DNA from: an uncultured Gemmatimonadaceae bacterium
Lineage (GTDB): Bacteria > Gemmatimonadota > Gemmatimonadetes > Gemmatimonadales > Gemmatimonadaceae
Reading direction: 5' to 3'
Length of the DNA: 64,000 bases
Assembly (NCBI GenBank): GCA_963829055.1
Contig: CAWHHI010000016.1
Location: 736,001 to 800,000 of the forward strand
Below the pieces are notes generated by a model that worked only from the letters and a program-made list of their open reading frames with translations, was not told where the DNA came from and did not search any database. Positions 35,005-45,815 of the stretch are shown here, in pieces. The position numbers and the translations under genes were made by a program. Position 1 is the first letter of the stretch, and each line of letters begins with the position of its first letter.

Positions 35005-35763
35005 CAGCGAACCACCGAGTAGAGGACGAACAACGCGAGCAGGCCGATGGCGATCTTCCACCCCTCGGCGCGCCCGTGCAAGCGAGCGAGCACGAATCCC
35101 CCAAGTGCGACGGCACCAAGCACGATCCCGAACAGCGCGCGCCCTGGACCGATGACCTGATCCAGCGCGAGCGGCAGCGCGATCCCCCCAATGAGCGCGG
35201 CGGCCTGCGCGAGGTGTCTGGGTCCGCGTCGTAGCACCGGCCCACCGAGCGCCGACGCCACGCGCATCCCGTGATCGAGACCGGCGCTCAACCCCCATGC
35301 TCTCAGCGCGATGTGCCCCGCGTTGTAGATGCCGAGAAACACGAAGATCACGCCGCCGGTGCCAACGCCAAACCCGAACGCGGCCAGCGCTGCCAGCGAG
35401 CACGCCGGGAGCCACGCCGCCCAGACGAGTTGGTCCCCAACGCTTCCCAGCGGACCGCACAGCGCGGTGCGAAAACGATCGATGCGCGCTGGGGCTTCGC
35501 CATCGAGCTCGGCGCGCGCGAGCGCTCCGACCGCGACGGACGCCATGTACGGATGCGCGTTGAAGTACTGGCTCTGGCGCGCGAGCGCGGCGCGGTACGC
35601 GGGCCCCTCCTGGCCACCCGGCAGCAGCCGCAACGCCGGCTCGACACAGAAGCCGATGCCGTTGCCGAGCAGTGTCTCGTAGTTCCACGCGCCCTGGATG
35701 GCGAGCAGCCTGACGAACATCGCGAGGCGCGTCCGCACCGGGATCTCGACGTGCGTCTTTCAC
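35004..35763 (-). CDS. PTS mannose-family IID component
   Basis: IQGAWNYE, YFNAHPY, GPLGSVGDQLVW. Confidence 0.88.
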
Positions 35764-36446
35764 TGAGCTGCCAACAGTGCGAGCCCAACGCCGATGCCAC
35801 CGAGCAGCAACCACCGCGCGGCCGGAGCGGCATGCACCACTTTCCAAACGGCACCGCCGGCGACGCTGGCGGCGACGCCGACGACGACGGCGCGCGAGAC
35901 GCGCGGGTCCGACCCCCACGCCCCGAGCACCCACGTCTGCATCGGGGTGAACAGGGCGAGGATGATCGCCGTGAGCGCGCCGCCTCGCACGAGATCCGCC
36001 GTGAGGCCGAACACCTGAAGCCCCTCGACGACGCGCTTGGATCCGCTGGCGACAGCGTCGTGGCGCGCGCGAGCAAACCGCGCGTTCAACTTCCGAAGCT
36101 GTACCATCGACCACCCTCCGATCCACGCGCATACGAGACCCGCGAGCACCGCGATCGTCAGGGCACCGGGACTCGCATCCCCGTGCATCGCGAACAGTCC
36201 GCCTCCGACGACGGCCGCCGACCCCCACTCCGGGTAGCGCGATGCGCCGAACGGCAGCGTCTCCAGCGCGAACATTTCGAGCGTCGCGCCGACCAGCAGG
36301 CCGCGTGCGGGGTCGCCTAACAACGTCGCCGCCGCCGTCGCCGCCACGAGCGGACGCGATATCATGGCCTGCGGGAAGCTCACCACGTCGAGCCCGAGCA
36401 CGGCACCGAGAACCGCGAGCGGCAGCAACTGCACGAAGTCGGTCAT
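35760..36446 (-). CDS. PTS mannose-family IIC component
   Basis: QAMISRPLV, GATLEMF..PFGASRYPE. Confidence 0.88.
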   Translation of the reverse strand: MTDFVQLLPLAVLGAVLGLDVVSFPQAMISRPLVAATAAATLLGDPARGLLVGATLEMFALETLPFGASRYPEWGSAAVVGGGLFAMHGDASPGALTIAVLAGLVCAWIGGWSMVQLRKLNARFARARHDAVASGSKRVVEGLQVFGLTADLVRGGALTAIILALFTPMQTWVLGAWGSDPRVSRAVVVGVAASVAGGAVWKVVHAAPAARWLLLGGIGVGLALLAAQ

Positions 36447-36934
36447 CGGTTGCCTTCTCCGGACAGCACTTCGTTCAGCGCCAGCGGCCGTGCGGCAGGC
36501 ACGTCCTGCGCGCTCACGTCCACGCCGCGCGCTGCAAGCGAGCGGAGTGCCTGCTCCTCGTCAGGCGCGAGGAACACGTAGCGGAGTCGCTGAGTCCGAC
36601 CGATCCGATGATGGATGCCACCGAGGTTCACGCGCGGAATCGCGCCGGTGAGGTCGATCAACCGCGCCATCGTTTCGATGTCGCCCGTCAGCAGCGCGCC
36701 GCGACGTTCGTCGCGCTGATAGCCATTGAGCTTCTCGGCGGCCTCGTCGACCGTGTGGAAGTGCACATCCATTTCAGGTGGCACGCCCATGCGATACAGC
36801 TCCTGCTCCCATTCGCTGCTCGCGACCTCATCGTCGACGAGCACGATGAACGTGAGGTCGAGTGGCTGCCCCCAGCCGACGACGACTTGTCCGTGAATGA
36901 GGCGGTCATCGATGCGAAAGAGCTCAATGGCCAC
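36443..36934 (-). CDS. PTS mannose-family IIB component
   Basis: RIDDRLIHGQVVVGW, VNLGGIH. Confidence 0.92.
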   Translation of the reverse strand: MAIELFRIDDRLIHGQVVVGWGQPLDLTFIVLVDDEVASSEWEQELYRMGVPPEMDVHFHTVDEAAEKLNGYQRDERRGALLTGDIETMARLIDLTGAIPRVNLGGIHHRIGRTQRLRYVFLAPDEEQALRSLAARGVDVSAQDVPAARPLALNEVLSGEGNR

Positions 36935-37340
36935 CCGTCGATCCCCCTGTCACGACGAGGGCGGCGCGTCCTTTGTCCGCGGCGTGTCGGGCAGCTTCAC
37001 CCGCGGGCACGTCGGTGTGGAAGACGAAATCGAGCAGCGTCGCGAGATTGGTTCCGGTGACGAGTACCATGTTTGGACGCTCGCGTTGGAGCCGACGCGC
37101 CGCCATGGTGCAGCTGCCCGCGGGCAGGTCAGTGAAGATGACCTCGACAGCGCCCGCTTCCACCTGCTCACGCATCGCGCGCTCGACATCAGCGGCGCTC
37201 ATGTCTCGATTGGAGAGCGCGAGAAACGCCTCGCCGCGGCCAGTGATCTGGCCAACCGCCGACAGGAGACCGGCAGCGAAGTCGCCGTGCCCGGCGATGA
37301 GCGCGCGGACTTCCGCGTCCGCATCACCCGGCTCACTCAT
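36924..37340 (-). CDS. PTS mannose-family IIA component
   Basis: ALIAGHGDFAAGL, IFTDLPAGSC, VTGTNLATLL. Confidence 0.88.
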   Translation of the reverse strand: MSEPGDADAEVRALIAGHGDFAAGLLSAVGQITGRGEAFLALSNRDMSAADVERAMREQVEAGAVEVIFTDLPAGSCTMAARRLQRERPNMVLVTGTNLATLLDFVFHTDVPAGEAARHAADKGRAALVVTGGSTGGH

Positions 37341-38302
37341 CGTCTTCCACCAGGTACTGCCTAACGTCCGCCTGCTCGCGCATGCGCCCGATGAGCCGTT
37401 CGTTGAACGCCTCCGCCGGGTTCACGCCGCTGTAGCGCAGCAGATGGTTCATCGCGATGACTTCGGCGATCACGGTGATGTTCTTTCCAGGATTCAGGAA
37501 CACCTTGATCTTCGGCAGCTCGACACCGAGGATCGTGGTCGTCTCGGTATCGAGACCGGTGCGGTCGACGACGGCATCCTGGTCCCACTCCTCCAGGTGA
37601 ACCACCACCTCCATGCGCTTCTGCTGGCGCACGGCCCGGATGCCGAAGATCGCGGGAATGTCGATGAGCCCAACGCCGCGAATTTCCATGAAGTGGCGCT
37701 GGAGCTCGTGCCCTCGTCCGATCAGGAGGTCGTTGCCGCGGCGCGTCATGATCACGAGATCGTCAGCCACGAGACGGTGCCCACGCTCCACCAGATCGAG
37801 CACGCATTCGGACTTGCCGATACCGCTCTTTCCGGTGAAGAAGAGGCCGACGCCGAAGACATCCGCCAGCGAGCCGTGGAGCGTCGTGGAGGGCGCGAAC
37901 AGGTCGTCGAGAATCGGCTTCGTGCGCCGATAAAACTCACCGGTCTTGAGCGGCGTGCGGAACACGGGCACGCCATGCTCGCTCGCGATCGCCTGCGAAT
38001 CCCGACGGCAGCTCCTGCGCTTTCGTGACGAACACGCACGGCAGCTCGAGCGCGAAGAACATTCGAAGCACGTGCTCGCGGGCCTCCCGCGCCAGCGAGC
38101 CGAGATACTGGATCTCCGTCTCGCCGAACGCCTGAAGCCGATGCGCAGGAAACCGATCGAGGTAGCCCGCCAGCACGAGTCCGGGGCTCGACACGTCGGC
38201 GCTCGTCACGAGGCGATCGAGTCCGCCGGTGCCGATCTGTTCCAGCGGGAGCCCGCGCTTCAGGCGCGCGACGAGGGCGCCGACGGTGAGCGGTCGATTC
38301 AC
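37333..38302 (-). CDS. hprK: HPr(Ser) kinase/phosphorylase; frameshift near 38000
   Basis: SPGLVLAGY...GETEIQYL; LHGSLADVFGVG, GKSGIGKSE, LVADD, FMEIRGVGLID, PGKN. Confidence 0.93.
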
Positions 38303-38610
38303 GCGCGCTCGATCTTCTTATTGCGCGTCTTTGGCGTCCGCTTGAGCTGGCGGGCCTGCGCTTCCAGTCGGCCGATGGCGAAACCGAGCGCCGGTCCGAA
38401 AAAACGGGCGCTGCCCTCCGCCACCATCGCGCGTCGTCGCGGCGCGTGCAACACGATCTCGACGCGGCGCGTCGGTCCGTCCTCCTCGAAACGAACGACG
38501 GCCTTCACGGCGCGGCTCAGACGAGCGGCGAGCCGCATGACCGCGATGCGGGCACGCTCACGCATGCGATCGGACACCTGCGCATGGTGCGACTGGAACA
38601 GAATCTCCAC
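38299..38610 (-). CDS. HPF/RaiA ribosome-associated family protein
   Basis: EILFQSHHAQVSDRMRE...RVEIVLH...AIGRLEAQAR; typical position upstream of hprK. Confidence 0.7.
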   Translation of the reverse strand: MEILFQSHHAQVSDRMRERARIAVMRLAARLSRAVKAVVRFEEDGPTRRVEIVLHAPRRRAMVAEGSARFFGPALGFAIGRLEAQARQLKRTPKTRNKKIERA

Positions 38611-38624
38611 TGTATTCCTCCTAC

Positions 38625-39719
38625 TTACGACGCGTCTGCCAGATGAGACTCGGTCTCGAGGGTCGCACGCTCCCAGGTAAACGACTCGGCGAAGGTACGG
38701 GCGTTGGCACCGAGCGTTCGCACCAGCTCAGGCGAGCCGGCGATACGCCGGAGGGCCGCCGCCATTGCAGCGGTATCGCCATGTGGCACAAGGAAGCCTG
38801 TGTCCCCGTCGCGTACCGATTCACGGATCCCCGGCGAGCTCGAGGCGACGACCGGCGTACCGCAGGCTGCCGCCTCGAGATTCGTGATCCCCCACCCTTC
38901 CTTCGGCGACGCGAACGCGAGCGCCCACGAGCGTCGAAGAAGCGAGACCTTGTCCTGCTCACTGATACGCCCAAGAAACCTTGCCCGGTCGCCGAGGTCA
39001 AGCGATCCGGCGAGGCGCTCGAGCTGCGGCCGATAGTCGCCCGCACCAGCGATTTCGAGCGTCGCGTCCGGGATTGCCGCCTCGGCGAACGAGCGAATCA
39101 CGAGGTCGACTCCCTTGTACTTCTTGAGGCGGCCGAGGTACGCGAACGACGGGGACGCCGAGCGGACCTCGGCCGCCGGCGTGTAGTGGCGGGTGTCGAT
39201 CCCCGGGTAGATCACACGGACGAGGCGACGCGGGATGCCGCGCTGCACGAGATCGTCGGCCGTGCTCTCGCTGATGGCGTGAAAGGGGACGCCGCGATAC
39301 TCCGACGCGAGTGGCCGCTCCGATAGCCACACAACCGCCGCAACAGGCGCTGGAAGCTCCTCGAAGGCGGTGCCCCCGAACAGGTGTGGAACGAGGGCGA
39401 CGACGCGCCGTGCACCCCAGCGCGGCGTGAAAAGGGGCACCTTGTTCACGTCCTCGACGAGGACGTCGTGCGGCCGGTCCGGAAAGAGACGGCGGTAAGC
39501 CCCACGCGCGAGCAGGGGCCACGTAAGCCGCGTCCCGATGCGGATGACGTCGATGCCGTCGAGCGTGGCACGCGGCGGACATCCTGGCCAGCCCCCGCAG
39601 AGCAGCGTGACCTCGTGCCCGCGTGCGGCCAATCGTCCAAAAATCTCGTGAAGGTGGATCTCAGCCCCGCCAGCCTGCGGGTTTTCACGGTCCTGCCAGT
39701 TAACAAGCAGAATGTTCAC
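38625..39719 (-). CDS. Glycosyltransferase family 4
   Basis: NILLVNWQDRENPQAGGAE, YLGRLKKYKGVD, KEGWGITNLEAAACGTPVV. Confidence 0.92.
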   Translation of the reverse strand: MNILLVNWQDRENPQAGGAEIHLHEIFGRLAARGHEVTLLCGGWPGCPPRATLDGIDVIRIGTRLTWPLLARGAYRRLFPDRPHDVLVEDVNKVPLFTPRWGARRVVALVPHLFGGTAFEELPAPVAAVVWLSERPLASEYRGVPFHAISESTADDLVQRGIPRRLVRVIYPGIDTRHYTPAAEVRSASPSFAYLGRLKKYKGVDLVIRSFAEAAIPDATLEIAGAGDYRPQLERLAGSLDLGDRARFLGRISEQDKVSLLRRSWALAFASPKEGWGITNLEAAACGTPVVASSSPGIRESVRDGDTGFLVPHGDTAAMAAALRRIAGSPELVRTLGANARTFAESFTWERATLETESHLADAS

Positions 39720-39731
39720 GGACAGGAGTTG

Positions 39732-39820
39732 GGGCGGATGGCGGACGGCGGACGGCGGATGGCGGGGCGACAACGCAACGCCGTTTGGCCGCCGTCCGCC
39801 ATCCGAGGGCCGCCTTCCGG
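39732..39820. repeat. Tandem heptamer GGCGGAY array with an inverted copy
   Basis: ggcggat ggcggac ggcggac ggcggat ggcgg ... ccgccgtccgccatccg in the nusB-GT4 spacer. Confidence 0.8.
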
Positions 39821-39822
39821 GC

Positions 39823-40242
39823 TCACAAGCGTCCCATCTTCCGAGCCAGCGCGTCCAGCACGCCGTTCACGAACTTCGCGCTCTGCGGGCTGCCATAGCG
39901 CTCCGCGAGGCGAATCGCTTCCTGCAGCACCACACGCGGCGGCGTCTCGCCGATCGAGAGCTCGGCCGCGGCAAGGCGAAGGACCGAGCGCTCGATAGCG
40001 CCCAGGCGCTCCATGCGCCAATTCTCCGTCACGTCCGCGAGATTGCGGTCGATCTCCGCACGACGGCCGGCGATGACGTGAATCAGCACCGCCGCCAGGC
40101 GACGCTCATCCGCCGAGACCGCGAGGTCGTCCCAGACGCGTTCCGAGACTCGCTCGAGGTTCTGCTGCCCACGCATGTCCCACGCGTAGAGCGCCTGCAA
40201 GGCCCGCGAGCGGGCGTGGGTTTCAGTCCTCCGTGGTGCCAT
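39823..40242 (-). CDS. nusB: Transcription antitermination factor NusB
   Basis: ARSRALQALYAWD, NWRMERLGAIERSVLRLA, KFVNGVLD. Confidence 0.95.
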   Translation of the reverse strand: MAPRRTETHARSRALQALYAWDMRGQQNLERVSERVWDDLAVSADERRLAAVLIHVIAGRRAEIDRNLADVTENWRMERLGAIERSVLRLAAAELSIGETPPRVVLQEAIRLAERYGSPQSAKFVNGVLDALARKMGRL

Positions 40243-40702
40243 CGATCTGATCGAAGAGATCCGCCATCTCGAGCGCCGCCAACGCGGCGTCCCACCCCTT
40301 GTTTCCGTGCTCGCCGCCAGCGCGCGCCTCGGCCTGCGCCATCGTGTCGCACGTGAGGAGCCCGAACGCGATAGGGACGTCGAAGTCGGCGCTCGCGGTC
40401 GCGAGACCACGGGACGCTTCACCGGCCACGAAGTCGAAATGCGGTGTGTCGCCGCGAATGACCGCGCCGAGCGCGACAACCGCCTCGTAGCGTTCCGTCG
40501 CCGCGGCGTGCCGCGCGGCTCCTGGTAGTTCCCACGCGCCCGGCACCCAGAAGACGTCGACGTCGTCGAACGCCACGCCGTGCTTGATGAGTGCGTCCAT
40601 CGCACCGTCCAACAGCCGCTGCGTGATCATTTCGTTGAACCGGCTGACGAGGACCGCGCAACGACGACCCTGACCGCGCGGCGATCCAGTGAACTCTGGC
40701 AT
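40223..40702 (-). CDS. ribH: Lumazine synthase
   Basis: SRFNEMIT, WVPGAWELP, LGAVIRGDTPHFDFV, GNKGWDAA. Confidence 0.96.
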   Translation of the reverse strand: MPEFTGSPRGQGRRCAVLVSRFNEMITQRLLDGAMDALIKHGVAFDDVDVFWVPGAWELPGAARHAAATERYEAVVALGAVIRGDTPHFDFVAGEASRGLATASADFDVPIAFGLLTCDTMAQAEARAGGEHGNKGWDAALAALEMADLFDQIDGTTED

Positions 40703-41911
40703 TTACAGCGCGCGCAGGTGGCCGAGCTTCTGCACTTTCGTCGCCAGGTAGCTGGCGTTTTCCTCGGTGGTCGGCGCTTCGATGCGCACGCGATCCACGA
40801 CGCTCAGCCCGTAGCCCTCGAGGCCCACCAGCTTCTTCGGATTGTTCGTCAGCACACGAATGGATTTGAGACCGAGATCGAGCAGGATCTGCGCGCCGAT
40901 GCCGTAGTTCCGGAGATCAGGCTTGAAGCCTAACGCCTCATTGGCCTCGACGGTGTCGTGTCCGCCATCCTGGAGCTCGTACGCCTTGAGCTTGTTGAGG
41001 AGGCCGATGCCGCGCCCTTCCTGATCGAGGTACACGACGACCCCGCGGCCCTCGCGGGCGATCATCTCCATCGCCGTGTGCAGCTGCCAGCCGCAGTCAC
41101 AGCGCATCGAGTGAAACACGTCGCCCGTTAGGCACTTGGAGTGCATGCGCACGAGCACGGACTCGCCGTCGTCGACGTCGCCGTACACGAGCGCCACGTG
41201 CTCGCGCGTGTCCACGTCGTTGCGATAGCCGACGATGCGCCAGTCCTTGCCCGCGATGTCCGTCGGCAGGCGCGCTTCCGCGACGCGATGAACGAGCCGC
41301 TCGTTCTCGAGCCGGTGCGCGACGAGCTGCGCCACCGTGACGAACGTGAGGCCGTGGTCGGCGGCGAAGCGCGCGAGATCATCGCGCTTCATCGTCGTGC
41401 CGTCCTCATTCAGGATCTCGCAGATGACACCCGCGGGATAGAGCCCGGCGAGTCGCGCCAGGTCGACCGCCGCCTCGGTGTGTCCGACGCGCTGCAGCAC
41501 GCCGCCGTGCCGTGCGCGCAACGGGTGCACGTGCCCGGGACGCCTCAGATCACCGCGAACCGTGGCCGGATCGACCGCAACCTGGATCGTTCTCGCGCGG
41601 TCGGCGGCACTGATGCCGGTCGTCACGCCGAAGCGCGGCGCCGCATTGATGCTCACCGTGAACGCGGTGCGGAACGCGTCGGTATTCTCGTCGCCCTGCG
41701 GCGGAAGTCCGAGCTGATCGACGCGCTCGCCCGTGAGCGCGAGACAGATCATGCCCTTCGCCTTGAGCATGAAGTTGATGATCGCGGGCGTGACGAGCTG
41801 CGCCGCGCAGATCAGATCACCTTCGTTCTCGCGGTCTTCGTCGTCCGCGACGACGACGAGCTTGCCGGCGCGAATGTCCGCTATTGCCTGAGGGATAGTA
41901 CCGAATTTCAT
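40703..41911 (-). CDS. ribBA: Bifunctional DHBP synthase/GTP cyclohydrolase II
   Basis: [57 protein letters not shown]. Confidence 0.96.
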   Translation of the reverse strand: MKFGTIPQAIADIRAGKLVVVADDEDRENEGDLICAAQLVTPAIINFMLKAKGMICLALTGERVDQLGLPPQGDENTDAFRTAFTVSINAAPRFGVTTGISAADRARTIQVAVDPATVRGDLRRPGHVHPLRARHGGVLQRVGHTEAAVDLARLAGLYPAGVICEILNEDGTTMKRDDLARFAADHGLTFVTVAQLVAHRLENERLVHRVAEARLPTDIAGKDWRIVGYRNDVDTREHVALVYGDVDDGESVLVRMHSKCLTGDVFHSMRCDCGWQLHTAMEMIAREGRGVVVYLDQEGRGIGLLNKLKAYELQDGGHDTVEANEALGFKPDLRNYGIGAQILLDLGLKSIRVLTNNPKKLVGLEGYGLSVVDRVRIEAPTTEENASYLATKVQKLGHLRAL

Positions 41912-42583
41912 GGTCGAGGGGACTGGGGACTCGGGACTGGGGACTCGGCTGCGTCGCGTTGCATTCGCTTCCCTGTTCCCGGTTCCCTGTTCCCGTCCGT
42001 AAGGACGGATCAACTGCCTAACAAACTTACCTATCACATTGCCTTCCACGTGCACGGCGTCGCCGGTCGTCAAATCGCCGAGCGTCGTATGCCGCAGTGT
42101 GTACTCGATCAACGACAGCTGGACCACGTTCGGTTGCGGGATCGCGTTCACCGTGAGGCTCACGCCATCGACCGTGATGGAACCGTGCGGCACCAGCAGT
42201 TCTCCGATCTCAACGGGAACCGCCACGTCGACGAGCACGGCATCCTCGAACGGCTCGACGCCGCGAACGGTTCCCACGCCGTCGACGTGACCCTGCACGA
42301 TGTGGCCGCCGAGTCGATCGCCGGCACGGAGCGCTCGCTCGAGGTTCACGCGCTTGCCTTCTGCCCAGCCGCCGATCGCCGTTCGCCCCAATGTTGTAAC
42401 GACAGCAGCGACAGAAAACCGGCCATCCGCACGATCGCGAACCGTCAGGCACGCGCCATTCACGGCAATGCTCTCGCCGTCGACGAGGTCGTCATAGCGT
42501 GAGCGAATCACGAACTCGCGACCGGCTGACGTGTCCGCGACGCGGTCGATGATGCCAACATCGTCGACGAGCCCGGTGAACAT
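41912..42583 (-). CDS. ribE: Riboflavin synthase; reads in frame into ribBA as assembled
   Basis: MFTGLV, SIAVNGACLTV, VNLERAL..RLGGHIVQGHVDG, GSITVDGVSLTVN; no stop before the ribBA ATG. Confidence 0.9.
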
Positions 42584-43683
42584 CAGATTGGATGCAGAGC
42601 GTACACGGTCATGAGATCGTCGTCCAACTCGACCCTGCGCACGATCGGAAATCGCCGTGCGCCCGACGCCGCCATTGTAGGGGCGTTCTCGAACCCCGGC
42701 AGCGAACCGGCGCCAAGCAGGACTGGAGCCTGAAAGATAATCAGCCGATCGACGAGGTTGGCACCGAGCAGCGCGCCCGTGATCATCGCGCCGCCCTCGA
42801 CGAGTAACGAGCGGATCCCGCGCTGGCGGAGCGTGCGCATCGCTTCGTCGAGCGATGTGGCCGCAACCACGTCGACGCCGAGGGCCATGAGCCGACGCGC
42901 GTGCGCGAGGTCGACCGATTCCGCGACCACGATTGTCGGCACTTCGCTCGCCGTGCGAGCCAGCGCGCTCGCGAGCGGCAGTTGGCCGCGCCGCGTGAAC
43001 ACCACGCGGGCAGGCGGCACGCGCGGCGGCGGCGCATCGCGAACGGTCAGCTCCGGGTTGTCCGCGCGCACGGTGCCGAGTCCAACGCCGACCGCGTCGC
43101 TGCCCGCCCGTAGTCGGTGGACCTCCCGCCGCGCTTTCTTGGCGGTGAGCCAGGCCGGTCCGCGACCGGCGTCCGCGATGGCACCGTCGATCGACAGCGC
43201 GAGCTTCACGCTCACCCACGGCCGGTCGGACGTTACCGCATGGAAGAACGGCGCGTTCAGCTCGCGCGCCGCCGCGACCTCGATATCGAACGCGACGTCG
43301 ATCCCGGCGGCGCGCAATCGCTCGGCCCCACCCGACGCGGGTGCTGTTGGATCGCGTGTCGCGGCCACGACGCGCGAGACTCCGGCAGCGATGAGCGCGT
43401 CGACGCACGGAGGCGTCTTGCCGAAGTGATTGCAGGGTTCGAGCGACACGTAGACTGTCGCCCCACGGGCGCGATCGCCCGCGGCGCGGAGCGCTTCGAC
43501 TTCCGCGTGCGCTTCGCCATAACGCGAGTGATACCCCTCGCCCACGACTACATCGTCCTTCACGACAACGGCGCCGACCATCGGGTTCGGCGCCGTCTGC
43601 CCCCAGCCTTTTTTCGCGAGCGTAAGCGCGCGCCGCACCATGGCGGCGTCGCGCTCATCAGCACGCCGCGAGGCGTAGCTCAT
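42583..43683 (-). CDS. ribD: Riboflavin biosynthesis deaminase/reductase
   Basis: TAPNPMVGAV, HAEVEAL, SLEPCNHFGKTPPC, KLALSIDG, LLVEGGA; TGATG overlap with ribE. Confidence 0.95.
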   Translation of the reverse strand: MSYASRRADERDAAMVRRALTLAKKGWGQTAPNPMVGAVVVKDDVVVGEGYHSRYGEAHAEVEALRAAGDRARGATVYVSLEPCNHFGKTPPCVDALIAAGVSRVVAATRDPTAPASGGAERLRAAGIDVAFDIEVAAARELNAPFFHAVTSDRPWVSVKLALSIDGAIADAGRGPAWLTAKKARREVHRLRAGSDAVGVGLGTVRADNPELTVRDAPPPRVPPARVVFTRRGQLPLASALARTASEVPTIVVAESVDLAHARRLMALGVDVVAATSLDEAMRTLRQRGIRSLLVEGGAMITGALLGANLVDRLIIFQAPVLLGAGSLPGFENAPTMAASGARRFPIVRRVELDDDLMTVYALHPI

Positions 43684-43697
43684 CCGGAGTGGGTCAT

Positions 43698-44743
43698 TCA
43701 GTTTCCGATACGAAGTCCGACGGACGCATAGGTGAGCGCGTCGTCGGCACGCTTGCCCGAGAAGCTGTTGTACGTCTCGATCGTGCCACCCGACACGCGC
43801 CCGAACTCGGCCGCGAACTTGAGGAACGGGAAGTTGAGCGACACGTCGGCGAACATGTTCGACCGCGTCACCTTCTGCGTCAGACCGTACGGGCCGCCGT
43901 CGATGCTGAAGTTGCCCTCGTTCACGCGCACTGTTCCCGTTGCACGCGAATCGTACTGGTCTTTCCCGGCGCCGGCCGCGAGGCCGAGGAAGCCAAGCGA
44001 CTTGCCAACGACGCCACGCCATGCGGACGTCTGCACGCCGATGTCCGAGATGCGTGATGTTGTCGTCGCCGGATATCGCCGAGATGCCCGTCGTCGGGAG
44101 GTCACGCCGGAGGTACGTCACCGAAACCGACGGCGTCGCGACGGACTCGGTGAGGAGTCCGAGGCGCCCGCCGAAGCCGAGCTTGAGCGAGCCGCCGGGG
44201 ACGGAGAGCGCGACCTTGCTGCGCGTGAACTCCGGCACGTACGTGGCACTCACGAGCGCATCGAGCGCGAACGCGTGAGTGACGCCCATCGGGACGCCAC
44301 CGAACACTCCCAGCGCGCCCTCGACGGTCGGCAGCCCGACCACCTGGTCGTTCACATCATAGTCGCTCCGGACCGCCCCAGTGATCGCGGCGTCCATGTT
44401 CTCCACCTGCGGCACGCGTCCGCGAATGCCGTTCCCGCGCACGCCGATCGAGAAGTGGCCAAGGCCGCCTAACGCGCCGCCGGTGCCGAGCGTCGCACTG
44501 CCGCCGACGAGCCCGATGCCGAGCTGCGGCGTCATGAACGCGAAGATGTCGACCGCCTTCTGACAGGCGTCCTGTACCGCGCGATCAGGCAGCGTCAGCC
44601 CGGGGCAGCGCGGGTCGATGCCCTGCGCGTGGAGCGCGGCCGGGACCGAGAGTGCGACCGCGAGACCGGAGAGCGCAACAACCGTACGGAGCGGGGAGCT
44701 CGGTGAAACCTTCGAATGCGATCGACTTCGAGTGCGACTTCAT
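43698..44743 (-). CDS. Putative outer-membrane beta-barrel protein; frameshifts
   Basis: Signal-like ...LAVALSVPAALHAQ, Cys pair, amphipathic strands, C-terminal TYASVGLRIGN. Confidence 0.6.
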
Positions 44744-44755
44744 GCCGGTGGATCC

Positions 44756-45815
44756 TCAGCTGAGAGTGACACGCCCGCTGCCGGGGACAACTCGCCCCAG
44801 CGGCCAAGCGTTCACGCCCGCCGCGGCAGCGCTCGCAACGATCGCGTCGGCACCGCTCGCCGAACTGACGACGATCATGCCGACGCCCATGTTGAACGCG
44901 CGGAACATCTCATCGCGCGGGACTTGCCCCGCGCGCTCGAGGACCCGGAAGGCGTTAGGCACCTCCCATGTTGCCGTGTCGACCACGGCGTCCAGCGAAT
45001 CCGGCAGCGCGCGGTTGAGATTTCCCGGGATACCGCCGCCCGTGATGTGCGCCATGGCGTGGACGTGATCCTCCGCACCATCGAGCACCGGGAGCAGCGA
45101 CGCGAGATACGACTGGTGGACTCGCAGTAACACGTCGGCCACCGAGCCGTCCTCCCCCGGAAAGGGGTCGTGCGGACCGAGGCGCAACCGCTCCGCCACG
45201 ATCCGTCGCGCCAGCGAGTACCCGTTGGTATGCAACCCCGAGCTCGCCAACCCGACCAGCACGTCCCCGTCACGCACACGCCCTGAATCGAGCACGCGCG
45301 CCTCTTCCACACATCCGACGATGAAGCCCGCCAGATCGTAATCCGGCGGCACATACAACCCTGGCATTTCGGCAGTCTCGCCGCCGATCAGGGCACACCC
45401 GTTCTCGCGACAGCCTGCCGCCACACCACTCACTACCCCTTCCACGACCGCCGGCTCGAGCTTGCCGAACGCGACATAATCCAGGAAGAACAGCGGCCGC
45501 GCGCCCTGCACGAGGATGTCGTTCGTGCAGTGGTTCACGAGGTCGTGACCGACCGTATCGTGCCGATCGGCCTCGATGGCGACCTTGATCTTCGTGCCGA
45601 CACCGTCCGCGCTGGCGACGAGCAGCGGACTCGTTAGGCCCGACGGCATCCGGAACATTCCGCCAAAGCCGCCGAACGCGCCGCGCATGCCCGCGGTGCG
45701 CGTCGACTCGACGAGACGCGCGAGACGCCCCTTCGCGTCGTCGGCCGCCTCGATGTCGACGCCCGCGCTGCGATAGTCGAGCGCCCCGCTCGTGGCGCCG
45801 TCGGGGGCCGGTCAC
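44756..45815 (-). CDS. purM: Phosphoribosylformylglycinamidine cyclo-ligase; frameshift near the start
   Basis: DYRSAGVDI, GGFGGMF, ADGVGTK, LIGGETAEMPG, SSGLHTNGYSL, AHITGGG, FNMGVG. Confidence 0.95.

Noticed and set aside
40703..44535. 901-aa and 650-aa ORFs as giant fusions including ribD or the upstream barrel protein
   Set aside because: Their N-terminal parts are alternative-frame read-through. ribD and ribE have their own starts with a TGATG overlap; only the ribE-ribBA junction remains open.
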